A DNA stretch of 64,000 nucleotides from the NCBI GenBank assembly GCA_010356995.1, contig ML996694.1:929224-993223 (forward strand), read 5' to 3'. Below the pieces are notes generated by a model. It had not been told where the DNA came from. It saw only the letters and a list, made by a program, of their open reading frames with translations, and did not search any database. The position numbers and the translations under genes were made by a program. How positions within the stretch are numbered: the first letter of the stretch is position 1; the number at the start of each line of letters is the position of its first letter. Of this stretch, positions 24,467-37,158 are shown piece after piece. Origin of the DNA: Trichodelitschia bisporula (lineage: Eukaryota).

Positions 24467-26080
24467 TCACGCCGGAGGCAAGAACGCCGCAAACAGAGCC
24501 CCTTGGATAAGCCCATACATGATCATCCACTTGACAGTCCACGAAGCCCACGAAGCCCCTTTCGCCTCGGTTGAACGTTGTAGGATGACCGTTGCGAGGA
24601 AAAGGTACCATAGTGGATACCCAGATGATAGTCGAGTAATGACCTGGACATGAAATGAAGTCAAAGCAAGGATTGCCAAAACTAGCTGAGGCAAGGCCAG
24701 TCGGTGAGTGATTGAACTTGACTGATCGAACTCTTTTGCCGCTTCTACTTTTGCCCTATGAGTCTCGACAGTTGGCGGAGTAAGAGACCATTGACCCGTA
24801 AGCGCCAGGCAGGCGGAGGACGCCATCAGCAAAAGGGTAGGCGTGGCGAGCAAGAATAGTGGCAGGTTGGACAGCGTCCAGTACTTGAAAGGGCCAACGT
24901 TCCTGCATTTGTTAGCCGCGATATCCTAGCGGTAGCGAAGACTCTTGCCAGTAATGGGTTTGAACCCAGGTGTAAATGCTCGGAATTTGCCGGTTACACC
25001 ATACAGGTACTTCGTCCTCCGAAGTGCCACTACAAAACTGTTTCCACGCAATGTACTGAGGCCCAACGAACCCGAGCCCAACAAGGACACCAGCGATGAC
25101 GGTAGTTAAGAGTCGGCGAAGGCCAATGTATCGAACATCATCCCGAAGCTTAGACGGAATGTAAGACATGGTAGTGGTTGGGATTAGTCCCAAGCCCTCT
25201 AGGACTCGTATAGATCCAGCAATGGCGTCGTAAAACATGATCACTCCGCAAAACAGACCATTGCTTCGCAGAGTGGTGGCAAGGCCAAAAAGTGCTCCCG
25301 AGATAATTAGGTAGGCATCATTTTTGAGTGCCCACGCTGATGGATCTCCGCTTGACGCATGGCTGTAGAATAAGTAGCCCGTAAAGTTCAGGAGGGCGAA
25401 GGGGGCCTCCGGGTACGGTGCCGCGAGAAACAGACCAGCGGGTGAGATAATGTGGAGAGCAGCCGTCACGAAGGCAATGCGCTGGTCAGCATGGCGTTGG
25501 GTGAGTGACAAAGTGAGATAGTAAAGGACGAAAACCGTGACCAAATGACTGGCGTTTGCGAGGAAGATACCATGATAGGCAACGTCGAGAAGCGGAGAGC
25601 TGGACAAAGGGAGCCCTGTTGCGATCAGATTATCACTAGAAATTGCGGCGCCAAAGAGAGCTTCATTGAATCTGCAGAATACGTACACTCTGCAAGCTTT
25701 CCAAGCAACGTCGTCAGTCCCCATCCAAACGCCCACTCTTGCTCATAAACATATCCGCGCTGTGCAGAGGTGGTGTAATAGATCGCATCCCACCTCACCA
25801 GCCTCTGCGCCAGCCGTCGAGCCAGCCGAGCCACAAGTCCCGAGTCGGAAGCAGTACACGGTGAAGTCTCCAGGCACGTATCGATATCAGGGAAGAAGCC
25901 GACATCCCAGCCTCCACGCGACACGTCCGCCCCCCACCACCGCATCCACAACCCCGTCGAAGAATCATACCCCTCACCTGGACTCGCAAGCGCCACGCCG
26001 AGTAGCACGAGTTTCCACGCGATAAACAGCAACGCAAGGGACGCCAGCGGTGCGTGTGACGAAGGCCGGAGGCGGAACAT
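24467..26080 (-). CDS. GPI18: GPI mannosyltransferase 2 (PIG-V)
   Basis: Motifs 'RWDAIYY', 'YEQEWAF', 'SPAGLFLAAPYPE', 'LRSNG', 'YWNVG..KYW', 'HVQVITRLSSGYP' and C-terminal 'FLPPA'. Introns 25686-25616 and 24948-24903 (GC-AG). Confidence 0.92.
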
Positions 26081-27144
26081 GGTCCTGGCTTCGGGTTGCG
26101 TGAGCTGGCGCAGCGATGCGGAGCCGATAAGCTCTGAGTCAACTTTTGAGTCAAAGGGACCTTGGTGAGGCGTGATGTGTACCCCACAGCACCTGACTCT
26201 GCATCCGAACAGCAAGCACGTCGACAACTGACAGGTCCAGCCTCAACGACAGCCGTGTTGTCCTACAGGAGAGCACTCTACTCGACGCAGACTAGAGCAA
26301 CTAGCCTCAAGGGTGAGTGGGTTGACCGGGAATTCGGTCCAGGTGCAAGAAATAGCGAAGAAAATAGGCACATGAGGGGTGAAACGTTATGTATGCAAGA
26401 ATCAGGATGTCGTCGTCCCCAAAACGACGCGGAAACAGTCTGGCCCCTGCGCCATGCTTGCTCCGAGCTGCAGGGTTCCTGACGCGGGAAGGGGATCCCA
26501 GTCACAGATCACGTGTTACAAAATCAGTTGCATGCCGAAAGAGGTAATTGTTGTGGGCAGCCAGCCCGATCTCCTCACAGTAGCCCTGGGAAGCACCAGG
26601 ATGAGGGCATCGGCCTGAAATAAACTTGGCGAACCGCTGGTGATCACAGAGCACTATCATCCACGTTGTGCGCATAGAAAGTTTGGGTAAATATTATTAC
26701 AGTTAGACATTCTTCTCTATCGAAGAATCTACCTACTCCGCACTTCATGCCAAAGCAGCAACGGCTGACAGTGGAACCGCTGCATGCGAATAAGCGCGCA
26801 GCATAACACACCCAATAATGGTTCACAGAGCACTTCTGCAAACCAATCATGCCCATCAACAAATCGCAAAGATATCAACCCAGCGACCATCTGGTCGCAC
26901 AAACGCCAATGCAATGCAGATGCCCCAGATGCCATGTAGAACCAAAGAAAATCAGAGAGGGAGTAGCTAGGGGACGGCTGCAACCAACCAGTGGTGCCTC
27001 GCGTACCACTGTGCCGTTCATGCATTCAACTATGTCATCCAACAAGCCAGGCCGTGTATCAGGTGTATCAAGCGTGCTAAATAGAGGAACGCTGATGTGA
27101 GAGCGTAGCAGTTTCGTAAGCAATGGAGGAAAGTCGAAAACAGC

Positions 27145-28212
27145 TCAGACGGCGGTTCTGGTCTGCCCACCAAGGAAGCGCGAAAGGAAGCCACCACCAA
27201 CCGGCCCGATGCGGGCCTTCTTGGCGGGCTTTTCGTCGTAGACAGGCAAGCGGTGGTGAGGTGTCTTGGTCATTGGAACGAGGGGCTCAAAGTGGACGAC
27301 CACGGCGCCACTTTCGTTGTCGTAGTTATGGATGTACATAGGCTCCGGAGCCATGTTCGCCGGTTCGAATGGCTCATTCAGCGAGTCGATATCCGGAGAG
27401 GTGCTGTTGGACGACGAGCTGCGACTTGGCGGAGAAAGCGACGGAGTCCTAGCCGAGGAAGCGACGCTGTTCATGCGAACTGTGCGCTGCGATGGAGCGT
27501 AGTCTGAGCGGCGGGGATAGCTTTGCATCAAACGCTGCTTTTCCTCCGCAAGAGCCGCCTGGTGAGCGAATTCTTCCATCTCGATCTTGCGCTGGCGTGC
27601 CGCGCGGATGCGCTCCTGGTCGGCGAAGTACGACCGAATCGGGGCCAAGAACGGTTCCAGGTGGGTGTAGAGGTCATCAGGACGAATGCGTAGATCCCAG
27701 TCAAGCAAAAAGAGCATCTGCTTCTCCATGAGGTTGACTTCAGTGATAGAGAAACCGAAGGATCCGAAGCCACGCATGTTCGTGTAGCGTGCCCAGTGCT
27801 TGTTCTTCGGCGAAGAGTCGTTGAGATTCTTCGCGGCGAGGATGAGCGAAGCAAGGAAGATGCGATGAACGGTGCAGCGCATGCCCTTCGCGACAGGAGG
27901 GAGGCGTGCCTTGAGACGGGCGAGGTAGACCAGTGACGACATAAGAGTCGGGACCTGAACGTGAGACTTCTCGACCAGCGATGTGATGAAGGCTTCAACC
28001 GACGGGAGAGCAGGGCTGGCGGGCCCCTGCGACGGGGAGTCCGGCGGGGTGATAAGTTGGCCATTCTTGACGGGAGCCGAGGGGGTCTCGCAGCGAATGA
28101 CCTGGGACGCAACGCCAGCGAGGTGGGAGATCATCTCTTTGGATACTGGGAGTGAGATGAAGTAGTCCAGAGCAGCCTTGTTCGACGCCATGGTGGGAGT
28201 GGACCGCGACAT
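27145..28212 (-). CDS. Pho85-type cyclin (Pcl1/Pcl2 family)
   Basis: Cyclin box 'SHVQVPTLMSSLVYLARLK...CTVHRIFLASLILAAKNLNDSSPKNKHW...EVNLMEKQMLFLLDWDL'. Intronless; ATG at 28212 or 28191. Confidence 0.92.
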   Translation of the reverse strand: MSRSTPTMASNKAALDYFISLPVSKEMISHLAGVASQVIRCETPSAPVKNGQLITPPDSPSQGPASPALPSVEAFITSLVEKSHVQVPTLMSSLVYLARLKARLPPVAKGMRCTVHRIFLASLILAAKNLNDSSPKNKHWARYTNMRGFGSFGFSITEVNLMEKQMLFLLDWDLRIRPDDLYTHLEPFLAPIRSYFADQERIRAARQRKIEMEEFAHQAALAEEKQRLMQSYPRRSDYAPSQRTVRMNSVASSARTPSLSPPSRSSSSNSTSPDIDSLNEPFEPANMAPEPMYIHNYDNESGAVVVHFEPLVPMTKTPHHRLPVYDEKPAKKARIGPVGGGFLSRFLGGQTRTAV

Positions 28213-31200
28213 TTTGAACTTGGGGTGGTGATGTCGAAAAGAAGCCGGGGTGCTGAGATCCGATGGTGGAATAGGCAACGGGTTGCGTGCCTATTTTGTG
28301 AAGGACAAGAGCGCAAAGATTGACAGATATGTCGTAGACAATGACGACGTTCAGATTGCGTGGGACCTGCCGACGTGTTTTGGATGGACAATTTTCGAAC
28401 ACAAAACCCTTTACCAGAAAGGACGAGCGGATTATGGATTAAATTAGGCGAGGCTCAAAACGAAATGCGGAGGTTGGGAGTGACGAAAGATTGTCGAGTG
28501 TGGTCCTTTCTACGGCACTGCCGGTGTGAGGTTGTCGAGTCAGCCCCGCCAAGAAGCGAGATGCAGACAAAAGAAAGTTTTTTTGGTGTGTGGGGTGGGG
28601 TGAGCTCGTTTGACGGTTGAGAAACGAGAAGTCCAGTGAGGATCCGACCGGCGGATGATATGTAGTGCTTGTATGGGTGAGGGAATCGGAACGAAAGGGG
28701 AAGGCACGGCCTTGGAATGCAAGATGCAGGAGGTTTGAAGGGCGTAAGGTTGGTGATGCTGCGGGGGGGGGGGATGGGAAGGCTGTGTGGGTGTGTGTCG
28801 GGGAGACCGGGGTGGGATGATCCGGGGTGGGGTAGAAAAACAAAAAGGGAAAGGACAAGAGGAGAGGGAGGAAGGGCTGATGAGGAGAAGAAGGAGGGTG
28901 TTGTAGAAGCGGGTAAGGCGAGCTTCTTTAATGCAATGCCGAGATGGTGGGTGAGTGTAGAGTGGTGAAGAGGCGGTAGGGTGTGAGTCCCTCAAAATAA
29001 ATTTGAGCTTTCAGTTGGGCGCGAGTGGAAGGCGGCGGGTATGAATTTGGACAGGCGCTTCGGGTACTTCCTGTCTTCTTTTTTTTCCTTTCGTCGATGC
29101 TTTCCACAGCTTCCACAAGGGTTCGCCGCAGGAATTTCCGGTGGGGCCTGTGAGGTTGAGAGGGGTTGGGTAGAGGGAAGTCGATGATTGGGTGGCGCTT
29201 TGTTCCCGCGCGACAGCTCAGACGACGGACAGGCCTGCGATAGGCTGTCTCAGCTTCCCAGTACTGCCTCCCTAACCTGCTTGGGTGTTTCAACCTCTGC
29301 CACCCTTCAGCCAACGGCGTCGTTGCTTCAGCCCTCAAGACTCTTCCGCGTATGCGAGCAAGACGACCGGCAAAGTCTCCTGCGCCCCAACGTGCTTCCG
29401 AGTGTAAGAGATGTGGTGACCCGGTAGCCTGTGGATTTGCGGGTCTGTTGTCTGGACGGGAAGCGAGCCGAGGATACTCGAAACGGTGGAGTCGGGACAC
29501 CTTAAACGATGAACCAGACTCGTGGTGGGTGGTGGGTGGTGGTTGGAAGATGGAAGGCTTGCTTGCTGGACTGGGTATAGTAGTGCTGGTGTCGATGGGG
29601 TCGATGGTGCCGCAGACTCCACACACAAGAGACGGTAAGGATCCGTGTTTCCGTGTAGCGGTGACTCGAAGGTGAAAATCTCTCTTCCTTTTCTTCACTG
29701 CTGCCGCTGTTGATGTTGCTGATGCAAGGTCGGCGCACGTCGTGTGTCTCTGCAGGTGTTCCGCGAGACTACGCGACAAAGAAATATCAAGCCGTATGTA
29801 TGTACTTCGGCAAGTCAGGGGAGGCGCGTCAGTTGCGAGATGGAAAGAGGCGGGTCCGATGGGGTGGCCGACGCTTGCTCTTCTATCATCCACCACACAC
29901 ACACACCTGCTTGCTGTTCCTCTGTCAAGGGGAGGCGTGCAGATGGGGATGGAGGCTGGGCCCTGGTCAAAGGAAGCGGAAGGGTATCACGTCGTCGATG
30001 AAAATTCCGCCTGAGCTGCACGATAGATTGAGGGTCAAGCCAGTTGATGTGCTGGCAGACAAACCATCCAAGACCGGTGGAGGCAGGGCTGGCAGGTATG
30101 CTGGTATGCTCTGTCCCTTTTTGCTCCTGCCCCATGCCTAACTGGCAGACCGCCTCGTCGCACTTCGGGCTCGCTGGATGGACATCTCGAGTTCGTAACC
30201 CTAAAACTAAGGCTCAAAGGAGGTGAGGAGCGTGGCAGGGGTGAACTAGGAATATTCAGGGAGGCAGGGAAGAGGGGGCCGGTTGAACAGCGAAACGGTT
30301 GACGACGACGAACAACTACTTCTGCAAGGTCATATATCCTACATCCGATCATTCCGTAAACCCTCTCTCGCCCTGCCGTCCTTGCAAGCCTCTCTCCTCC
30401 CGAAAGCCTGAGCCTCGCTCCCCAAGCCTGGTAGTCGCGGCATCGCCATGTGGTGACGACAACCCTTCTCAGCTCCATCTTCCTTACCCTGCCCCCGCTC
30501 GCACGAGCTGTTCGTGGAGTGCACGGATTCAGTTAGAAGGGGCCAGGCATAAATCACAACCCAAAAGGGAGAGCCCAATTATCCCCGGTCGAACAGCCTC
30601 GCCGTATGGGTGAACAGCGAGCAGGCTGCGGCCGCGGCCAGGTAGACGTGGGCAGCAAGTCCAGCGACGGATCGCTCACGAGGCTCGGAGCCCGGCTCGC
30701 TTTCCACATTAACGATGAACAATGCCTGACTGTTTACCCCGAAGCAGCTGCCGGCTGGTGGCGATCACGTAGTCCTCCCCAGCCACATATGCCCGTACAG
30801 CAGTCGTTCTCGCCCCCCGCCTTCCTGCAACCCCCACCCTTACCTCGGTGTCAAGGGACTTCCCCAAACGCAACGACCTGTCCTTTTGGGACGGGCCGGG
30901 ATTTTTCATGCCGCAGTGGCTGACGCGGCTGCCAGGAGCCTGGGCGAGGAAAGGTAGCTCCTAGATTGACGGAGTTCGCGTCCAGGGAACAAGAGTCGGC
31001 TGTGAAGCCGAGCGATAGCGGCATGTTAGCCTCCCTGGAGTGGCAGGTCCGGAGCGGCGGAGGATGCATATTTTGCATGCAACGCAATATGTGCGACAGC
31101 TCAGAGTGGTCCATCATGATGAGATTGTACGGTGTGGCAGGCAGGTGCAAGGGAAGCAAGGAAAACTCTTGAAGCTACTTGGATGCCCTGGATGCTTCAA

Positions 31201-32306
31201 AGATGTGGTAGGCTGCTTCGCTCCTTCGCCCCCGCCCCGCCCTGCGCCCCCAGCCCCTCCCCGGTCAACGCCACCCGCCCCCCCATGTCGGAGATGTGTG
31301 GCTGGGTACATGTGGCTGGTAGCTTGGCTCCGAAGTCTCTCCATGTTTTTTCGCATGAATGATGCGCGGTCATCTCCGACCGAGTTTGATCCGAGGGGTA
31401 CGTTAGCATGAGGGTCGAATGACGTAGCGAGCGGCGGAGCTTCTTCGTACCGTAACCGTCTTCGCTACCGGGCGTCAGTTTGATATTCACTCAAATGCGC
31501 AGTTCAGCTGAGCAGCGGGCTTGACCGTCTCCCGCTGAACCTCAATCTCAACATGCGCCACACCTATCTCCAAGGCCGAGGAGCCGAGCGCCCGAACGGC
31601 CCGACCGCCACCTCATCGGTCATGCCCGCCAACCATCGGGCCAAGACTCAGGATGCATCTCCACAAGCCGCCCAATGACAGCGTCATGCTTCATCGTCGC
31701 AGCTCACACTGGAGACGATGTTTCGTGGGCCGCCCTTCCGCACTCTGCGTCGGCTTCATCTTTCTAGATTGCTTCTGACAGCAGGCCAGTTGGCCTAAGC
31801 CCAACACTGGAAACGAGGCGGTGCCTATTGGTCACGATGTACGGGTTTCATTTTGCTGCTGACCTCGACATCCCGGCTCCGCATCGCAACCCATTGACGA
31901 TGACTGATGACTTGTCGTGCACGTGTTGCGTGCGATTCAGCCTGTGTCAACGTTCTGCGCTGGTTTCATTTGACAGAGTTGGCTCGCGCGGGTTTGCGCA
32001 CGATGAGTGCGGGGTAACTCCCGCAGTGTACGTACTACGAATTATGCCATATTCTTTCTTCTCGTCGCCTAACCTTACCTACTCATAGCACATGGTATGC
32101 AGCTACCGTACTCTCTCGGAAACAGCATCACGCGGTACATCCATGGTCTCCAGCTTCACGATCTAAGGGTAGGGCGGACCGTCTGACCCTTAGGCCTCGC
32201 CCACGTTATTCCAGGTAAAAGGCAAAGGTGAATACCTCGACTGTCGATAGCCTCGAGATGATCGAACCCTGAGCCTGCTGGCATCTCTTTGTCCCCCCTC
32301 CCTAGG

Positions 32307-32341
32307 GTGCAAGGTGTTGTGCAAGGTGCTGGTGCAAGGTG
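32307..32341 (+). repeat. Three direct copies of GTGCAAGGTG
   Basis: Copies at 32307-32316, 32319-32328 and 32332-32341 in intergenic DNA. Confidence 0.8.
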
Positions 32342-34157
32342 TCGAGTGTCGAATATCTCCCCCCCCAATCCCCCACTTTATACGGGCAGCCAATCATAAG
32401 TTTTTCTGTGTAGCCAGCTGCGCTTGCTCTCACAGCACAGCCTCACGGCTTCACCATCCAAAACACACGCGACTCTTCAACCCAGCAGACTGGGGAACTA
32501 AACTTTGTATGCATCGACAAAGGCCCGATGACCCGTACAATACCTGCGTATATCATCCAAGTAGCATTCCTTAATATTCCTAATAATAAGGTACGCACAG
32601 ACTCTCACACTCCCACCTTGTTCCTTGATCCCATCCCCGTGTTCGAGGAGGATGAGCAGTTACATTTACTACAGTGGCTCGTCATACTAGACGCGGATCG
32701 TGTTGGTCCATGAAAGCTAAGCGCCAGGTGGAGCTGGAGAGGTCGCATATACATTGCGCGCAGGTCCGCGAATAGGTACTCGTACATCCGTCTCACCTCC
32801 CCCAGGTACGCTCTTCCTTTGCCGCCGCAATCTACACACCTCCAAATATTGCACCTTCCTTTCTCCCCTAGTTCCCGTGAGTGGACAAGCTCATTTTAGC
32901 ACACAACGTCCCGGAGAGGCGTTCTCTGATTCCAAACTCAACCGCGCCGCTCTGCGTCAGCTTGTCAAACGTCCAGACTGTCCTCTTTCGCGTTCCCTCC
33001 TGCCTCCCTGTGGCCGCCACCAGTGATACGATTGGCGACTAGCGTCGCATTCACCACTCTGCCAGACGTTTCACCCGTTGGTCCAACGGTCGTTTGATGG
33101 CGTGGGACAGAAGATCGTTGCATTTCATTATTTGCTGGCATTAACGCTCGCCCCTCTAAGTTGCTCATGGGCTCACCATCTACATTCAGGATATGTCCGG
33201 CCATGCGAGGGACAAAACGTGCATGTGCGCATCGACCTTTCGACCTTTGTTCCTCGCCCCCGTGCGCATAATTTGCACGACCAGAAGCCTTGCCACATCT
33301 CAAGTCGCCCGCGTCACTTCCGCGCCTAATCCCCCGATGCTGTGAAGCCGTCCCTACGGTAAAGTCAAGCGTCGTCAGGCAGGCAGCAATCGCCGGCATC
33401 CTCCACGCCTTCATTCAGCCCGATCGGACCGTCGCGTAGCCTGGGGCGAAGCAACCGCCGGCGACATGGCCGACCGGAAACGGTTGATCTGGACCACCGT
33501 TAATCCCGGGCGAAAATTCCCGATTGCGTGTCACATCATCTGCGGCGTCTCCCCGCCCTGCGCCTCTTGGTTTCACGCAGCGCCCGATATGATTGGCTGA
33601 GTAGTGGCGTTGGGCACGAGGCTGGAACCGGTCGGTGAGTTTTTCTGTTTTGCCAGCGCTATGGGCTTTGACGTGCGTTGCACGAGTGATGATGGTGGGC
33701 TGTGCTGTTTGATGTGGCTTTGGAGTGACGTCCTTCATAGGCGTTGGGTACCATTGCTGATGCACGGGGCGAGTGGAGGACGTTGCTCCGGTCTGGTCGG
33801 GCGTATCTTGGGAGCTACGTTATGACGGTCAGGCTGGGATTTCTTCGACCTTTGGTACGCACGTACTACTCCTCGCCCAAGAGTAGCAATGGAAACAGTC
33901 GAAGCCGCGGGTATCTTGGTACCATATGGCTCTGTCTCCCTGGAACAACGAGCATGATATCTGACGACATTCAGCATGGCGATCAGAGCAGGTAGAATCA
34001 GGCATGAACAAGCAGAAACGGTATCCACTATTCACAGGACTACGCCTAGGCCTTCATCGCCGCTAACTATCGACTAATAATTTTCAGGTTGAAAAAATTA
34101 GACTGCTCCATGCCAAAAGCTTCATCTCCCCCATCTCATCTCCCTCTCGATCACTAA

Positions 34158-34884
34158 CTAATCATCCCTCACCCCAGTCGCCGCCAACGTAGCGTTGTAA
34201 TGGCAATAACCGGCCCCAGTCTCAAGTCCCAACGGCCCCGACGAAGCCCCAAGGCACTTCCATCCCAGACCCTCAGGGCAGTCATCGCCAAACCACCCAC
34301 AATTAAGCGTCTGCAGCGTACAAACCCCCTCGAAGCAAACCTGCACCCGTTAGCATAATCCGACCCCATCAAAGAATCCTAGGAGCAGAAAAAGCTCACC
34401 TGCCCCTGCGCACAAGGCGAAGGAATATTCCTCCCACACGTCGCCCCCGCACAAAACCCAAGGCCATTCGCCTCCGTCGTCCCAATCACCGCCTCCTTAT
34501 TCGCATCATAGCAGTACTGCCCCGCAGAGCACGTCGGCCGTCCCTGCCCACACAGCACCGCCAACGGCGCCGGCACAGCCGGTGACGGCGACGGCCGCGC
34601 AGGCCGCGTGGGCCGTGGCCTCGTCGCCCGGGAAGTCTCAGCCTTCGGCGGGGCGCTCGGCGGGGCGGGTCCTAGAGCCGTCGGCCTCGGCACGAGCCCC
34701 GTGTACGTATACGTAATCGTCGTGCGGTAAGGCACCACATCCGGCGTCCCCGCCGAAGCCGGAGCCCCGCCGAAGCCTCCTCCGGGCCCGAAGCCGAAAC
34801 TGAAGCCGCCGGTCGGGCGGGGGGGGGGGGGGGGGGGGGGGGCGCCGGGGGGGGGGGGGGGCCGGGGGGTGGGGGGGGGGGAGA

Positions 34885-34926
<42 letters not shown>

Positions 34927-35301
34927 TGGGAGGGCTGGCGGCGCTGGTGGTGCCGGAGGGGCGACTGGCGGTGCGGGTGCGATGGGCGCGACGGGGGAGA
35001 CAGCTGGTGGTGCGGGGGCGGAGTGAGAGACCACGGGCGGTGCCGGGGCGGAGGGGGAAATGGCTGGCGGCGCGGGCGCGACGGGTGAGACAGCGGGCGG
35101 TGCGGGTGCGGAGTGAGAAACGGCTGGCGGCGCTGGAGCCACGGGCGATGCCGCTGGCGGGGCCGGGGCCGGGGCGGAAGTAGCCTGGGGAGTAAACTTC
35201 GGCGGGGCCGGGGCGATGACGGGTGAAGAGGCGGCAACCTGAGGGTTGCTCAGAACGCCGGAGCACAGGGCCGCGACGACGAAGGAGGAAGACACGCGCA
35301 T
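34158..35301 (-). CDS. Secreted Pro/Ala-rich protein with a 12-Cys C-terminal domain; apparent frameshift in a poly-C tract
   Basis: Signal peptide MRVSSSFVVAALCSGVLS, then APAPPAVSPV-type repeats and poly-Pro. The Cys-rich domain lies in another frame. Intron 34399-34341; stop at 34160-34158. Confidence 0.7.
34818..34925 (+). repeat. Poly-G homopolymer tracts (poly-Pro coding on the minus strand)
   Basis: Several G runs, the longest over 30 nt, with few interruptions. Confidence 0.95.
34985..35175 (-). repeat. Coding minisatellite, about 6 imperfect 30-bp units (APAPPAVSPV/APAPPAVSHS)
   Basis: 10-aa periodicity in the translation; 30-nt periodic 'ggcggtgcgggtgcg' motifs on the + strand. 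Bounds are approximate. Confidence 0.75.
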
Positions 35302-37158
35302 GTTGGGCGGTAGAGAGCGGATACGCCGGGTAGGATGGCGAAGTAAAGAACGACGGGAGGTGCGGAGGGCGGCGCAAGGAGTCAGTGCGGTGTGGGGTAT
35401 ATATGCTGAAGTTGGGGTTGATTATTTAGCCGAGTTGGAAAGCAAGGAAGAGGCGCTGTGTGCCGTTCAGTATGCGTTTATTTCGACCCCTCGTGCCTCG
35501 TACCGGAGACCGAGTTCACTTTGGGGTATGCCAATCGTTGGGTGGGGAGTGGGGACGATCCAGATTGACGAAATATCTCTGCGGCATTCATATTGAAATC
35601 CTATTGCGGATGCGGGGAACTACCAGTCAGGAACGCGTCCCACTATGTTGACAGAGGGTCGGGTGATGGCAGGCGCGATGGGTTGCGAAAGTTTTGAGCT
35701 CTGGCCAGTCCCGTCGCCGGGGAATCCAACTCTGGACGGTGATGGGGTTGCAATCTCAGACACATTAATGAATTGCACAATATCGTATTGGGAGCTTGGG
35801 CATGTGGAGTTGTGGACGTCATGTCGATCATTTCCATGCATTCAGCCTTGGGTGAGCTGACGCTTGTAGACGTCCCGTCCGAGAACTGAGCTCAAAAGTG
35901 CTCAGATCCAACGAGATCGTGCCTGTATCATGAAAATTTTGCTAGCTCGAGTGATATTCAATTCGGTTCCTGAATGATGGCTGAGGAAAGGTCCGTAGAC
36001 GTTGGCTCGACGTTACTTGAAACCCCTCAGCCTTATTAGCACATATATTGAATCGCCTTACCGCAACCCTCGCTTACCTCTTGAATCCCCATTGGATGCT
36101 CCTCAGGCTACGTACCCAGTAAATCGCTAGCAAAGCGGCCAGCAGGATTTTCTTGCACGCAAAGTCGAGCATCATTCAGGTCGCTCGTCCATAGCGGGTG
36201 GAGAGTAGGGCTTCACCAATTGGTAGCTAGTTCGTCTATAGGGTTAAAGGAAGCAACGGCTACCGTTGTTGAAAGTCTTTCGATCTCGCCGTTACTCTAC
36301 GAGGGGTACCTCTTGTGCAAGCGCCGCAATAACCGCTTGATATTTGTATTTGTCCGGCATGCCGCCTTTGTCGTTGATCTCCTCGGAGGCAAGGATGCTG
36401 CAAGGCTGAAGACCCCGTGAGCACAAAAGCTCCAGCGACATGATAGCACAAGTCCGGAGACTCCATGCGATGGCGGCTGCACTACACATAGGATATACGG
36501 CGGCCAATGCTCTGATGATTATCGCTGATGCATCTACTGGCATGGGGTTACCGAACGGTCAGTCGTCTCTATCCCCGGTAAGCTGCTCGCAGAGATCAAA
36601 GCCCCACACTATCCCTCCCCCCGGGTATGTTGAGGCAAATAGTATCGAGCTCTAAGAAGACCAAGCTCAATAAACAAGCTGGAAGATACCGCAGTTGCGA
36701 TTGAGTATGGCTAGTATGTAATGGACAGCTTCAATACATATTGAGAGGCTCATTTAACTCACCGTCAAGACTGATTGGTGTATGGGAGAATGCCGAGCCT
36801 CTAGATACGGAAACCGTCCTTCAAGTGCGGATAAGAAGTTGATTTGAGGGATGGGGGGGGTGTAAGTGACGATAGCCGCAATGTTGCAGTCCGCAACCCA
36901 TCCACCCACAATGATAGATAGCTTGGGTTTATGCTGGAACAACCTGATCCGACACGCGCTCCGAAGTACCTATCAAGGCTTGCACCGAATTCTCACATTG
37001 CCTCAGTACTTGAGATTGATGTTCGATCCTTAAACTGCATCTATCCAGCCTCCCATCTCTGGTATAGTTCCGAGTCAGCATTGCATGACTCCTCAGCAAC
37101 AGTGGCTTGCGCAGCTCATATCCGAGACCCGTTGCAGAGCTTCAATGCTCGGATAACA

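Noticed and set aside
28928..29902. 324-aa minus-strand ORF upstream of the cyclin
   Set aside because: Low-complexity R/S/P-rich composition, no recognisable domain or codon bias; consistent with leader or regulatory DNA.
35850..36720. Protein-like minus-strand fragments (e.g. SEEINDKGGMPDKYKYQAVIAAL)
   Set aside because: No coherent exon chain or family motif; too weak even for a pseudogene call.
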